Assembly (NCBI RefSeq): GCF_020253525.1
Contig: NZ_JADCBK010000004.1
Location: forward strand, 52,261 to 116,260
Reading direction: 5' to 3'
Origin: Aquidulcibacter sp.
GTDB taxonomy: Bacteria; Pseudomonadota; Alphaproteobacteria; Caulobacterales; Aquidulcibacteraceae
DNA length: 64,000 bases
The notes under the pieces were generated by a model. The model saw only the letters and a program-made list of their open reading frames with translations. It did not search any database and was not told the origin of the DNA. The translations under genes were made by a program, and so were the position numbers. Positions 38,005 to 47,289 of this stretch are shown piece after piece; position 1 is the first letter of the stretch, and every line of letters starts with the position of its first letter.

Positions 38005-39830
38005 TGGATCTCAACATCGTCATTATTGGCGTCTATTTTATGTTCCTACTGGCCATCGGCTGGATGTTTCGGAGCATGACCAGCAACACAAGCGACTATT
38101 TCCGCGGCGGCGGCAATGTGTTGTGGTGGATGGTGGGGGCTTGTGCCTTCATGACCCAGTTTTCCGCTTGGACGTTCACAGGGGCGGCCTCAAAAGCCTA
38201 TAATGACGGCTTTGCGATTGTATTCCTCTTTTTGGCAAATGCGGTCGGCTATTTCTTCAATTATCTCTATTTCGCCCCCCGTTTCCGGCAAATGCGGGTG
38301 GTCACCGTGGTCGATGCATTACGTTTGCGCTTTGGGAAGACGAATGAGCAGGTTTTCGCTTGGGTGAGCATGGTCACCACCGTCCTCTCCGCCGGCATTG
38401 CCATCAATGCGCTCGCCGTGATCGCTTCGTCTTTGGGCGGATTTGGGATGGAAGTGACAATCATTACAACCGGGCTTGTGATCATTGTCTTGTCGGTTGT
38501 GGGTGGGGCTTGGGCCGCCATCGCGGCCGATTTCTTCCAGATGATGATTGTGATGGTCGTGACCGTTTCTTGCGCGGCAGTCGCGCTCTATCTGGGCGGC
38601 GGCCCGCAGCAAATCATCGACAAATTCCCTACCGACTTCATCAGTGGCACCGAGCTCAACTATATGAGCATCTTCTACATCTGGTGCTTCAGTATCTTCT
38701 TAAAGCAGATTGGGTTGACCAATAATCTGCTCTATTCCTATCGCTATTTGACGGCGAAGGATTCCAATCACGCGCGCAAAGGGGCCATACTTGCCTGTGT
38801 GCTGATGTTGATCTGCCCGCTCCTGTGGTTTTTGCCGCCCTGGTATATGGCTGGCGCGGGGGTCGATTTGCAGACGATGTTCCCCGAACAAGGGGCAAAC
38901 TATTCCGAAGCCTCCTATCTCGCCTTCGTCAAACTCTATATGCCCATTGGCATGGTCGGGCTTTTGCTGGCGGCCATGTTTTCAGCGACCATGAGTTCGA
39001 TTGACACTGGGCTAAATCGCAACGCGGGCATTTTCGTCAAAAACTTCCTCCAGCCCGTACTCTTTCCGAAGATGAGCGAAGCCGCTCTCATGCATGTATC
39101 GAGAACCGCATCCATTGTTTTTGGGGTGCTGATTGTTTCGGTGGCACTCTTTATCAACTCCCTGAAAGAGCTCAGCCTTTTCGACGCGATGCTCTATCTC
39201 AGCGCGCTTCTGGGCTTTCCACAAATCATCCCAAGCTTCCTCGGCTTCTTCATTCGCCGCACGCCAGACTGGGCCGCATGGGCAACCATTCTGGTTGGTG
39301 CGATCGTATCATGGGTCGTCGGTGGCCTGATGGAGCCGGCCCATATTGAGCGTCTCTTTGGTCTGACGACACCGTTTACAGATCGGGAGTGGACCGATCT
39401 GGTCGTCGCGATCAGCCTGATTGCCCATGTCGTCATCACGGGCGGGTTTTTCTGCCTAACCACCCTTTTCTACAAAGGTCTGCCGCCAGAGCGCGAGGAA
39501 GCCGTCACGCGCTTCTTCACCAATCGGGACCGACCCCTGATCAAGGCAGACGGGGACCATGTGCACCTTGACAACCACCAGCGCGTCCTGATCGGCCGCA
39601 CGGTCGGGATTGCGGGTATCTTAGTTATGGCCATGATGGCCCTGCCCAACCAGCTATGGGGACGGGTGATCCTGTTGATCTGCGGTGCCGGTGTGCTTGG
39701 GGTCGGGGCCCTCTTGGTCCTCTCGACGGTGCCAGTGCCTGAAGGTCAAGATCGGCCAGAGGCTGATGCCGCCGATGACAAGGACCTAGCTACACCCGCC
39801 ACGGCCACATCACAGGATTCTGCGCGATGA
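38004..39830 (+). CDS. Sodium:solute symporter resembling the Vibrio oligoalginate transporter ToaA
   Basis: SDYFRGGG..LWWMVG..AFMTQFSAWTFTGAA; many TM helices; 1-bp overlap with the GntR stop. Confidence 0.82.
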   Translation: MDLNIVIIGVYFMFLLAIGWMFRSMTSNTSDYFRGGGNVLWWMVGACAFMTQFSAWTFTGAASKAYNDGFAIVFLFLANAVGYFFNYLYFAPRFRQMRVVTVVDALRLRFGKTNEQVFAWVSMVTTVLSAGIAINALAVIASSLGGFGMEVTIITTGLVIIVLSVVGGAWAAIAADFFQMMIVMVVTVSCAAVALYLGGGPQQIIDKFPTDFISGTELNYMSIFYIWCFSIFLKQIGLTNNLLYSYRYLTAKDSNHARKGAILACVLMLICPLLWFLPPWYMAGAGVDLQTMFPEQGANYSEASYLAFVKLYMPIGMVGLLLAAMFSATMSSIDTGLNRNAGIFVKNFLQPVLFPKMSEAALMHVSRTASIVFGVLIVSVALFINSLKELSLFDAMLYLSALLGFPQIIPSFLGFFIRRTPDWAAWATILVGAIVSWVVGGLMEPAHIERLFGLTTPFTDREWTDLVVAISLIAHVVITGGFFCLTTLFYKGLPPEREEAVTRFFTNRDRPLIKADGDHVHLDNHQRVLIGRTVGIAGILVMAMMALPNQLWGRVILLICGAGVLGVGALLVLSTVPVPEGQDRPEADAADDKDLATPATATSQDSAR

Positions 39831-41050
39831 AAATCACCGACGCCAAAGTTTTTGTCGGGGGCCCCGGCAAAAACTACGTAACCCTCAAAATATACACCGA
39901 CCAAGGCATTTATGGCCTAGGGGATGCTACCCTCAACAATCGGGAAACTTTGCCCGCCAAATATTTAGAGGATTATTTGATCCCGTGCCTGATCGGGATG
40001 GACCCGCGGCGCAGCGAAGATATCTGGCAATATTTCTATCGCAGTACCTATTTCCGGCGCGGACCCATTACGATGTCAGCCATTGGAGCCATCGACATGG
40101 CTCTGTGGGACATTAAGGGAAAGATCGCGGGCCTTCCGGTCTATGATTTGCTGGGCGGCAAGTCACGCGATGGCGCGCTTGTCTATGCGCATGCTACCGG
40201 CAGCGATCTTGATCAGCTTATTGATTCCATGTCCTATTATCGAGAACAGGGCTATACGGCGATCCGCGTTCAATGCGGCATTCCGGGTATGCCAACGCCT
40301 GGTTATGGCATCGCTGGCAAGGACGAAGATGCCCGCCATTATATCACAAAATATGGCGCCCTGCCCGACTTGGAGATTTGGGATACAGGCAAATATCTGC
40401 GCTATATGCCCAAGGTGTTTGAGCGGCTTCGTGCTGAGTTTGGGGACGAACTAAAGATCCTGCATGATGTCCATCACCGCCTCCTGCCTCGTGAGGCTGC
40501 AGCTTTCGCGAAAGAAGTCGAACCATTTGATCTCTACTGGCTTGAGGACCCAACCCCAGCCGACGACCAGACCAGCCTGCGCCTGATCCGCCAGCACAGC
40601 ACGGTTCCCATCGCCATAGGCGAGGTGTTCAACTCGCTGTGGGATTGCCGCCAGATGATCGAAGAAGAATTGATCGACTTTATCCGTATCGCAGCCACCT
40701 ATGGCGGTGGCATCACACATGTGCGACGCATTGTCGATCTGGCTGCGATCCATCACGTCCGAACTGGCTTTCACGGCGCGCCCAGCCATTCGCCAATCTC
40801 GATGGCGGCGCAAGCACATCTCAATGCTTGGGCCCCGAACTTCGGGATACAGGAATATCTGGTGCTGGGGACGGAAGCTTGCGACGCACTATTCCCCTCC
40901 GACCATCATTATGCGGAGGGTGAGTTCCATGTCAGCGACGCGCCGGGACTAGGTGTCGATTTCGATGAAAAGGAGGCCGCGAAATATGCGTATTCACGTG
41001 GCTATCACCCCGTCGTGCGCCTGACAGACGGGACGATGTGGAATTATTGA
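39827..41050 (+). CDS. Enolase-superfamily sugar-acid dehydratase, ManD/RspA subgroup (divergent)
   Basis: LHDVHH, WLEDP, IGEVF metal ligands; DMALWDIKGK; PNFGIQEY; RL.DGTMWNY C-terminus. Confidence 0.9.
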   Translation: MKITDAKVFVGGPGKNYVTLKIYTDQGIYGLGDATLNNRETLPAKYLEDYLIPCLIGMDPRRSEDIWQYFYRSTYFRRGPITMSAIGAIDMALWDIKGKIAGLPVYDLLGGKSRDGALVYAHATGSDLDQLIDSMSYYREQGYTAIRVQCGIPGMPTPGYGIAGKDEDARHYITKYGALPDLEIWDTGKYLRYMPKVFERLRAEFGDELKILHDVHHRLLPREAAAFAKEVEPFDLYWLEDPTPADDQTSLRLIRQHSTVPIAIGEVFNSLWDCRQMIEEELIDFIRIAATYGGGITHVRRIVDLAAIHHVRTGFHGAPSHSPISMAAQAHLNAWAPNFGIQEYLVLGTEACDALFPSDHHYAEGEFHVSDAPGLGVDFDEKEAAKYAYSRGYHPVVRLTDGTMWNY

Positions 41051-41078
41051 TAGGCCCGCAAGACAGAGAGGTGCCGCC

Positions 41079-41792
41079 ATGTTGAGCCCTGAAACCAAAG
41101 CAACCCTTGAACGCACCAGCACCGCCAGCCTTGCGACCATGCTGTTTAAGCGGGGCCTGCGCAACCAATTCATTCAAGGTGTGCAACGCTTGGGTGGCCG
41201 CCGTCCGCGCATGGTTGGCCCAGCCTTTACGCTTCGCTACATCCCCGCGCGCGAAGACTTAAACCCGATCGAGGTGTTTCGCGACCCCAATCATCCCCAG
41301 CGTCGGGCTGTCGAGGAGGTGCCGACGGGCCACATCCTGATCATGGACTGCCGACAAGACGCAAGCGCCGCCTCAGCCGGATCAATCCTCCTCACGCGCT
41401 TACAGGTGCGCGGGTGTGGCGGGGTGGTGACTGATGGCGGTCTGCGCGATGCCGATGAAATCTCTGACCTCACCATACCCGCTTTTTGTGCGCGTCCTTC
41501 CGCGCCAACCAATCTTACCAAACACCAAGCCGTCGACATCAATGTGCCCATTGGCTGTGGTGGGGTTGCGGTTTTTCCGGGCGATATTGCGGTTGGAGAT
41601 GGCGACGGGGTTGTGATCATTCCGGCCCATTTAGCCGAAGAAATCGCCGCAGAAGCCCGAGGCATGGAGGCGTATGAGGCTTGGGTAGTTGAGCAGGTCA
41701 AGGCTGGCGCATCGATCATCGGCCTCTACCCGATGAATGAAGAAACCCGCGCGCGTTACGAGGCCGAACACCCAACTGAAAACAAACGCTAG
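41079..41792 (+). CDS. RraA/HMG-aldolase-like protein
   Basis: GPAFTLRY, GVVTDGGLRD, CGGVAVFPGDIAVGDGDGVV. Confidence 0.85.
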   Translation: MLSPETKATLERTSTASLATMLFKRGLRNQFIQGVQRLGGRRPRMVGPAFTLRYIPAREDLNPIEVFRDPNHPQRRAVEEVPTGHILIMDCRQDASAASAGSILLTRLQVRGCGGVVTDGGLRDADEISDLTIPAFCARPSAPTNLTKHQAVDINVPIGCGGVAVFPGDIAVGDGDGVVIIPAHLAEEIAAEARGMEAYEAWVVEQVKAGASIIGLYPMNEETRARYEAEHPTENKR

Positions 41793-41864
41793 CGCTTCAG
41801 GCCCTAAGGCAGATAACATCTGAGCCATCAGCAAAGATCAAACATGTGCTGGCTGGAGGTTTGC

Positions 41865-43118
41865 GTGGTCGACCGCATAATGGCTATCTCTCGACGCGGC
41901 TCTCTGGGCGTTGCAGCTGCCGGTACCCTTGGTCTTGGAGTACCCACCGCTGCCGCCACGGCCGAATCAGGGGTCGTTCCGGGCCTTGAAGTCCTGTTAG
42001 GGCCAAAGCGGGCGCTGTTGGCGGGCAAGCGGGTGGGTCTCATCACCAATCCAACGGGCGTGACGCGCGGGCTTGAAAGCGCGGTTGATCTGATGGCGCA
42101 AGCGACCGACTTTAAGCTTGCCGCGCTGTTTGGACCCGAACATGGGGTGCGCGGCGATGCGCAAGCTGGCGCTGCTGTTGCCGATCACCTCGATGCGCGC
42201 ACGGGCTTGGCCGCCTATAGCCTTTATGGTGCCACCCGCAAGCCGACGCCTGCCATGCTGGCAGGTCTCGATGTGTTGGTCTTTGACATTCAAGACATTG
42301 GTGCCCGCTATTACACCTATCCTTGGACGCTGGGCCTGGTCATGCAAGCTGCTCGCGAAGCCGGGATTGGCGTCATTGTGGCCGACCGGCCCAATCCAAT
42401 TGGTGGGGACAAGGTTGAAGGCCCCGTGCTGGACCCCGCTTTGGCAAGCTTTGTTGGGGCCTATCCCATCCCGGTGCGCCATGGCCTGACGATGGGCGAG
42501 CTGGCCCTGATGATGAATAAGGACTTCGCCATAGGCTGTGACTTGACCGTGGTGACGTGCACCACCTGGCGACGCGGGAAGGATTTTAGTCAGACAGGCC
42601 TGCCATGGGTGCCGCCTTCGCCCAATATGCCCACTTTGGATACGGCCTTCCTGTATCCGGGAACCTGCCTGATCGAGGGGACAAATCTGTCGGAAGGGCG
42701 CGGCACAGCCAAGCCATTTGAGCTGATTGGCGCGCCCTTCATCGATGCGCCTGCGCTGGCAGAGCGGCTAAACCAGCGCAAATTGGCCGGGGTACATTTC
42801 CGCCCCGCATATTTCACGCCGACCTTCTCAAAGCATCAAGGCCAGCTTTGCGCGGGCGTACAAATCCACCTGTTGGACCGCGCGAGCATGGCACCCGTGG
42901 ACGTGGGCCTCACACTCCTGCTCGAGGTCGCAAGCCTGTATGGCCAAGATTTTTCCTTCTTGCCCGGCAATCCGCCGTTTTTCGACAGGCTGGCAGGATT
43001 GTCCTGGCTGCGCGATGCAATTGTGGCGGGGGAAAGTCTCGAAAGCATCCACGCACGCTGGCAGCCTGAACTTGAGGCTTTCAAGCGCAAACGATTGGAT
43101 TGGCTCTTATATCGCTAA
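41865..43118 (+). CDS. namZ: Exo-beta-N-acetylmuramidase (DUF1343), Tat signal
   Basis: SRRGSL twin-arginine; ITNPTG, FGPEHG, FDIQDIG, DRPNP, SEGRGT; GTG 41865 follows GGAGG. Confidence 0.88.
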   Translation: MVDRIMAISRRGSLGVAAAGTLGLGVPTAAATAESGVVPGLEVLLGPKRALLAGKRVGLITNPTGVTRGLESAVDLMAQATDFKLAALFGPEHGVRGDAQAGAAVADHLDARTGLAAYSLYGATRKPTPAMLAGLDVLVFDIQDIGARYYTYPWTLGLVMQAAREAGIGVIVADRPNPIGGDKVEGPVLDPALASFVGAYPIPVRHGLTMGELALMMNKDFAIGCDLTVVTCTTWRRGKDFSQTGLPWVPPSPNMPTLDTAFLYPGTCLIEGTNLSEGRGTAKPFELIGAPFIDAPALAERLNQRKLAGVHFRPAYFTPTFSKHQGQLCAGVQIHLLDRASMAPVDVGLTLLLEVASLYGQDFSFLPGNPPFFDRLAGLSWLRDAIVAGESLESIHARWQPELEAFKRKRLDWLLYR

Positions 43119-43133
43119 AGGCGCAGGCCGCCC

Positions 43134-43637
43134 TCACGCCCCGCCGCTCATGGGTGGGGATTTGGTCCCAAACGGTCCATTGAGACGGACGATGACGTAA
43201 TTGAGATAGGTCGCGAACGTGACCCAGAGCACATAGGGTACCAGAAGCGCGCTGGCGAGCGTTGAATAGGGCAATATGCCCACACAAAGCGCCACCACTG
43301 AGGTCCAGAGGAAGAAGGATTCCCCCAAAGCCCAATCGGGTCGCTTAAGCGCGAAAAACAAGGGCGACCACAAAAAGTGAAAGACGAAATTGGCCGCATA
43401 AAGCCCAATCACAATCATCTGGTCTCGCGGGCTGGCGGCCCCTTCCCAAGCAAGAACTGCCGCCCAAGCCGCTGCCGATAGAATAAGGGTCCAAGCAGGC
43501 CCGAACAGCCAATCGGGCGGTTGCCAACTTGGCTTTTTAAGGTTGCGATACCACGGCCCAATCGTGGTCAATGCGCCCCCCGCACCCGCCAACAAAAGCG
43601 CCCAAAGTATCGCAGCAAGGATATGTGGTTCAGGCAT
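43134..43637 (-). CDS. tspO: TspO/MBR tryptophan-rich sensory protein
   Basis: WYRNLKKPSWQPPDWLFGPAW, WSPLFF, PYVLWVTFATYLN. Confidence 0.95.
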   Translation of the reverse strand: MPEPHILAAILWALLLAGAGGALTTIGPWYRNLKKPSWQPPDWLFGPAWTLILSAAAWAAVLAWEGAASPRDQMIVIGLYAANFVFHFLWSPLFFALKRPDWALGESFFLWTSVVALCVGILPYSTLASALLVPYVLWVTFATYLNYVIVRLNGPFGTKSPPMSGGA

Positions 43638-43785
43638 GGGCGCTCTATGCGGCTGTTGGCCTAAACTAGCAAGACACAATGTCTAGAGGTACGGCATAGG
43701 GTGGCAGGCGGCTGGAGGCCCCTTCTGATATGGCTTAGCGTCATCCCTCATTTCCAAATGGACTTGGGTGCCCTATCTAAGGGCT

Positions 43786-44466
43786 ATGCCAATCCTGATC
43801 ATCCTTGGAATTCTCGCCCTTTTGGCTTTGATCTTTGGCCCGCAATACTGGGTCAAGAGCGTGATGGCGCGCCATGCCACAGACCGGCCGGACTTTCCTG
43901 GTACGGGGGGAGAGCTTGCTCGCCATTTGTTGGACGAAGCAGGTCTTGCTGATGTCGGCTTGGAGCAAACCCCGGAGGGCACCGATCATTATGACCCGAT
44001 TGCCCGGGTTGTCCGGCTCTCGCCCGGCAATCTCAGCGGCCGCTCGGTGACGGCGGTCGCGGTGGCAGCCCATGAAGTAGGCCATGCAATCCAACACCGC
44101 GATGGCGACCCTTTCCTCGTAACCCGCACCAAATGGGCGGCGGGGCTTGCAGGCGTCGACAAGATTGCCTTCTGGATGCTGATCTCTATTCCGATTGTGG
44201 GCTTATTGATCAAATCACCCCTAATCGCCATGCTGCAAGTTGGGGCCATCATCGCACTTTTGGGCGGGCGCGTGCTCATGCATGTGTTGACCCTGCCTAT
44301 GGAAATCGATGCGAGCTTTAAGCGCGCCCTGCCGGTGTTGGAGCATGGCGGCTTTTTGCAAGGCGAAGATCTGACCAAGGCCCGTCAGGTGCTGAAGGCC
44401 GCTGCGGGCACCTATGTCGCAAGCGCTTTGGCCACGCTCCTCGATGTGATCCGCTGGATACGATAA
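43786..44466 (+). CDS. YugP-like membrane zinc metallopeptidase
   Basis: DHYDP, VAAHEVGHA (HExxH), TLPMEIDAS, AAAGTYVA. Confidence 0.9.
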   Translation: MPILIILGILALLALIFGPQYWVKSVMARHATDRPDFPGTGGELARHLLDEAGLADVGLEQTPEGTDHYDPIARVVRLSPGNLSGRSVTAVAVAAHEVGHAIQHRDGDPFLVTRTKWAAGLAGVDKIAFWMLISIPIVGLLIKSPLIAMLQVGAIIALLGGRVLMHVLTLPMEIDASFKRALPVLEHGGFLQGEDLTKARQVLKAAAGTYVASALATLLDVIRWIR

Positions 44467-44550
44467 GCCCGCGACCGATCTGGCCTGCTTGGCACGGAAT
44501 AAAGGGCAAAACCCTTGCATCCCAGACCCCGCTCAGACTATCGAAGGGGA

Positions 44551-45357
44551 ATGAGCATTCAACTAGCCATAGCCGGGGCTGCCGGTCGCATGGGTCGGGC
44601 ATTGATTGCCGCGGCAAGCGGCGAAGCTGACCTTACCATCGTTGGCGGGAGTGAGCGCGCTGGCAGCGCCGCCCTAGGTGCTGATCTTGGCATCGTGGCC
44701 GGTGGCGATGCCTTGGGTGTCGCATGTGTTGAAAGCCCGCTTGCAGCCGCCCAAAGCGCTGACGTCTGGATTGATTTCACCACGCCGGCGGCCTCGCTTG
44801 CAGCATTGGCTGCCCTGAAGGCTTCAGGCGTAAAAGCCATCATTTTGGGCACAACGGGGTTTGAGCCAGCTCAAGAAGCCCAGATTTCTGAAGCTGCCCA
44901 ACACTTTTGCCTGGTGCGCAGCGGCAATTTCTCGCTCGGCATCAATCTCTTACTCGGTCTTGTCAAACAAGCCGCCGAACGTCTGGGCCCCGAGTGGGAT
45001 ATTGAGATTTTTGAAGCCCATCACCGCCGGAAACTCGATGCGCCGTCGGGCACAGCCTTGATGCTGGGTCAGGCAACAGCCAAGGGCCGCGGGGTATCTC
45101 ACACCGATGTTGCCACGTTTGACAGACATGGCGCGACAGCCGCCCGAAAGCCGGGAGAGATTGGCTATGCCGTCGCCCGGGGTGGCGGCATTATTGGCGA
45201 GCATGAAGTGATGTTTGCCAGCGATGAAGAAGTCATCCGCTTCAGCCATTCAGCCCTCAATCGCACCATCTTCGCCAAAGGTGCCCTCGCCGCCGCCCGC
45301 TGGGCCGCAGGCCACGGCCCCGGCCTTTATGACATGTCGGACGTGCTGGGGTTGTAG
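44551..45357 (+). CDS. dapB: 4-hydroxy-tetrahydrodipicolinate reductase
   Basis: GAAGRMG, DFT, GTTG, EAHHRRKLDAPSGTA, FAKGA. Confidence 0.97.
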   Translation: MSIQLAIAGAAGRMGRALIAAASGEADLTIVGGSERAGSAALGADLGIVAGGDALGVACVESPLAAAQSADVWIDFTTPAASLAALAALKASGVKAIILGTTGFEPAQEAQISEAAQHFCLVRSGNFSLGINLLLGLVKQAAERLGPEWDIEIFEAHHRRKLDAPSGTALMLGQATAKGRGVSHTDVATFDRHGATAARKPGEIGYAVARGGGIIGEHEVMFASDEEVIRFSHSALNRTIFAKGALAAARWAAGHGPGLYDMSDVLGL

Positions 45358-45378
45358 GGCCGGCTGACAAGCCGCCGC

Positions 45379-45816
45379 CTACCCCGGCACCAAACGTCGA
45401 CTGGCGACAATCGTTCCTAACTGACGCAGGGTTTTGCCGTTCACCGGCACGATCGTGTGAGCAGCCCTTATGGCGTCAAATTCTTTCGTGATACCCGCAT
45501 AACCATCTGGGTTTGGGTAGCCAACCATCACCAGAACATCCCAGTCCGCGTCAGTTCCATCCGATGACAAGAGCCGATAGTCTGTCATCAAGCCTCGCTC
45601 GACCGCAATCCTGTCCATTTCGAACCAATTTTCTTTGATGAATTGGCAAAGTGACGCAACATTGCCCTCGCTGGCCTTCAGAAACGTCAACTCAAACGAT
45701 GCGGCCTTAGGCGAGGCTGCGTGCGCTTGACTTGGCGAAACAGATGCTAAGCCAACCGCCGCCATTAAACCCAAACCCAAAGTCCGCTTTGAACACGCAC
45801 GCATATGCCACCTCAC
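45379..45816 (-). CDS. Small exported hypothetical protein
   Basis: Signal-peptide-like N-terminus (AHA-A); protein-like composition; fills the intergenic gap. Confidence 0.65.
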   Translation of the reverse strand: MRWHMRACSKRTLGLGLMAAVGLASVSPSQAHAASPKAASFELTFLKASEGNVASLCQFIKENWFEMDRIAVERGLMTDYRLLSSDGTDADWDVLVMVGYPNPDGYAGITKEFDAIRAAHTIVPVNGKTLRQLGTIVASRRLVPG

Positions 45817-45980
45817 AAGCTCTCAATGACCATCCAATAGTGCATTTAAGCGAGCAATATCTGCCGGAGCTCGCAGCAGAAGGTCAATCTTCGCCTCGGT
45901 TAAATTGGCTTCAGGAAGAAGCAGCGACCCGACCCGACCCAAGATGGCCAAAATGGCTGAAGTTGAAAACAATCTGAGCC

Positions 45981-46074
45981 GTTATCATCCCGAACAGCGT
46001 CAGCCGCGTCCCAGACCTTGTGGTGCAAACTCGCTGAGGTCCCCGCTCTTCGCTGACGCTTCGACGGGGATGAC
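45981..46074. repeat. REP/RPE-like palindromic element (TCATCCC...GGGATGAC)
   Basis: Imperfect terminal inverted repeat TCATCCCG..AGCGTCAGC / GCTGACGCT..CGGGGATGAC; only one copy seen in the window. Confidence 0.55.
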
Positions 46075-46092
46075 ATCGTGGGGGTGGCGCGT

Positions 46093-47289
46093 TTAGTCTT
46101 GCCAAACTGGCAGGGTCATGGCCGGGAAAAGGCTGGCGAGACCGAGGGCGATGTCTTCACGGCCGGGTGCCGTCATGGCATGGAATCCGATGGGCAAGCC
46201 GTCGATCAGGCCCATGGGCGCGCTGATCGCAGGCAGGTCGCCGACATTGGCATACATGGTGGCATAGGCCTGATCCACGGGCGGGCCGACATCGTGATCA
46301 AAGGCAAGGTGCGAAACGGTCGGGCTGATCACGCCCGCCAAGTCTTCGCGCGCAAAACAGCGACGCAACCGTTCCTTGGTAAGCGCGATCGTCTCATAAG
46401 CCTGTTCAATCCGGGCTTGCGGCGCGCCTTGGCCATAGAGCAGCATGGCCCTAAATTCAGCCGTTAAGCCTGATGCTGGGTCGGCTAGTTCAGCAGCCCA
46501 TTCACGCGCGCCTTCCACTTCGCACACCAACAGACAAGCCAACACGACGTCAATGTCGGTGAAGCCCAAAGCCAGATCAATCTCGATGACCTCTGCCCCC
46601 GCGTCGCGCAAGCGTTGGCATGCCGCTGCAAAGCTGGGCTGGATCAGCGTTGGTGGGGCTACACGGTCGCGGGCCACGGCAAAACGTAAGCCCTGCAGCG
46701 AGGTCAGTGGGGCAGGCGCGCCCAAGACTTTCGCGACAGCCCAAAGTGTTTCAGGATCTTTGGCCAAAGGTCCAACTTGATCCAAAGTGGTCGACAAGGG
46801 CACGACACCGCTCTGGGACACCAAAGTGCCCGAGGGCTTCCAGCCATACACGCCACAATAAGAAGCCGGCAGACGGATGGAGCCCATCGTGTCGGTCCCC
46901 AAAGCCGCATCGACAAGACCTGCAGCGATTGCCGCACCCGATCCACCCGACGAGCCGCCGGGTGAGAAATTGGGCCGCCACGGGTTGATACAGCGGCCAT
47001 AAGCCTTGTTGTCGGTCGTGGCCCCCAGGGCACCTTCATGCATATTCAGGGTGCCGACAATCTCAGCCCCCGCCTCACGCAACAACGCGACAACGGGAGC
47101 ATCATGGGTGGCAATTGCGTGGCGGCGGGCTTGCGAGCCAGCCGTATTGGCAAGGCCCTGAACCGCAATATTGCCCTTTACCCCCAGCCGAAGACCTGCA
47201 AGCGATCCTTGTTCGTTTGGCGGGGTCTCATCAAAGGCGATGAAGGCCTTGAGGGCTTGATTGGCGGCGAGAAGTTTTGCGTGATCCAT
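46093..47289 (-). CDS. Amidase signature family protein
   Basis: VKGN, GGSSGGS, GTDTMGSIRLPASYCG. Confidence 0.92.
   Translation of the reverse strand: MDHAKLLAANQALKAFIAFDETPPNEQGSLAGLRLGVKGNIAVQGLANTAGSQARRHAIATHDAPVVALLREAGAEIVGTLNMHEGALGATTDNKAYGRCINPWRPNFSPGGSSGGSGAAIAAGLVDAALGTDTMGSIRLPASYCGVYGWKPSGTLVSQSGVVPLSTTLDQVGPLAKDPETLWAVAKVLGAPAPLTSLQGLRFAVARDRVAPPTLIQPSFAAACQRLRDAGAEVIEIDLALGFTDIDVVLACLLVCEVEGAREWAAELADPASGLTAEFRAMLLYGQGAPQARIEQAYETIALTKERLRRCFAREDLAGVISPTVSHLAFDHDVGPPVDQAYATMYANVGDLPAISAPMGLIDGLPIGFHAMTAPGREDIALGLASLFPAMTLPVWQD

Noticed and set aside
45926-45940. GACCC x3 tandem repeat and overlapping short ORFs 45732..46105
   Set aside because: Too short to be meaningful; the ORFs read through the palindromic element and lack coding signatures
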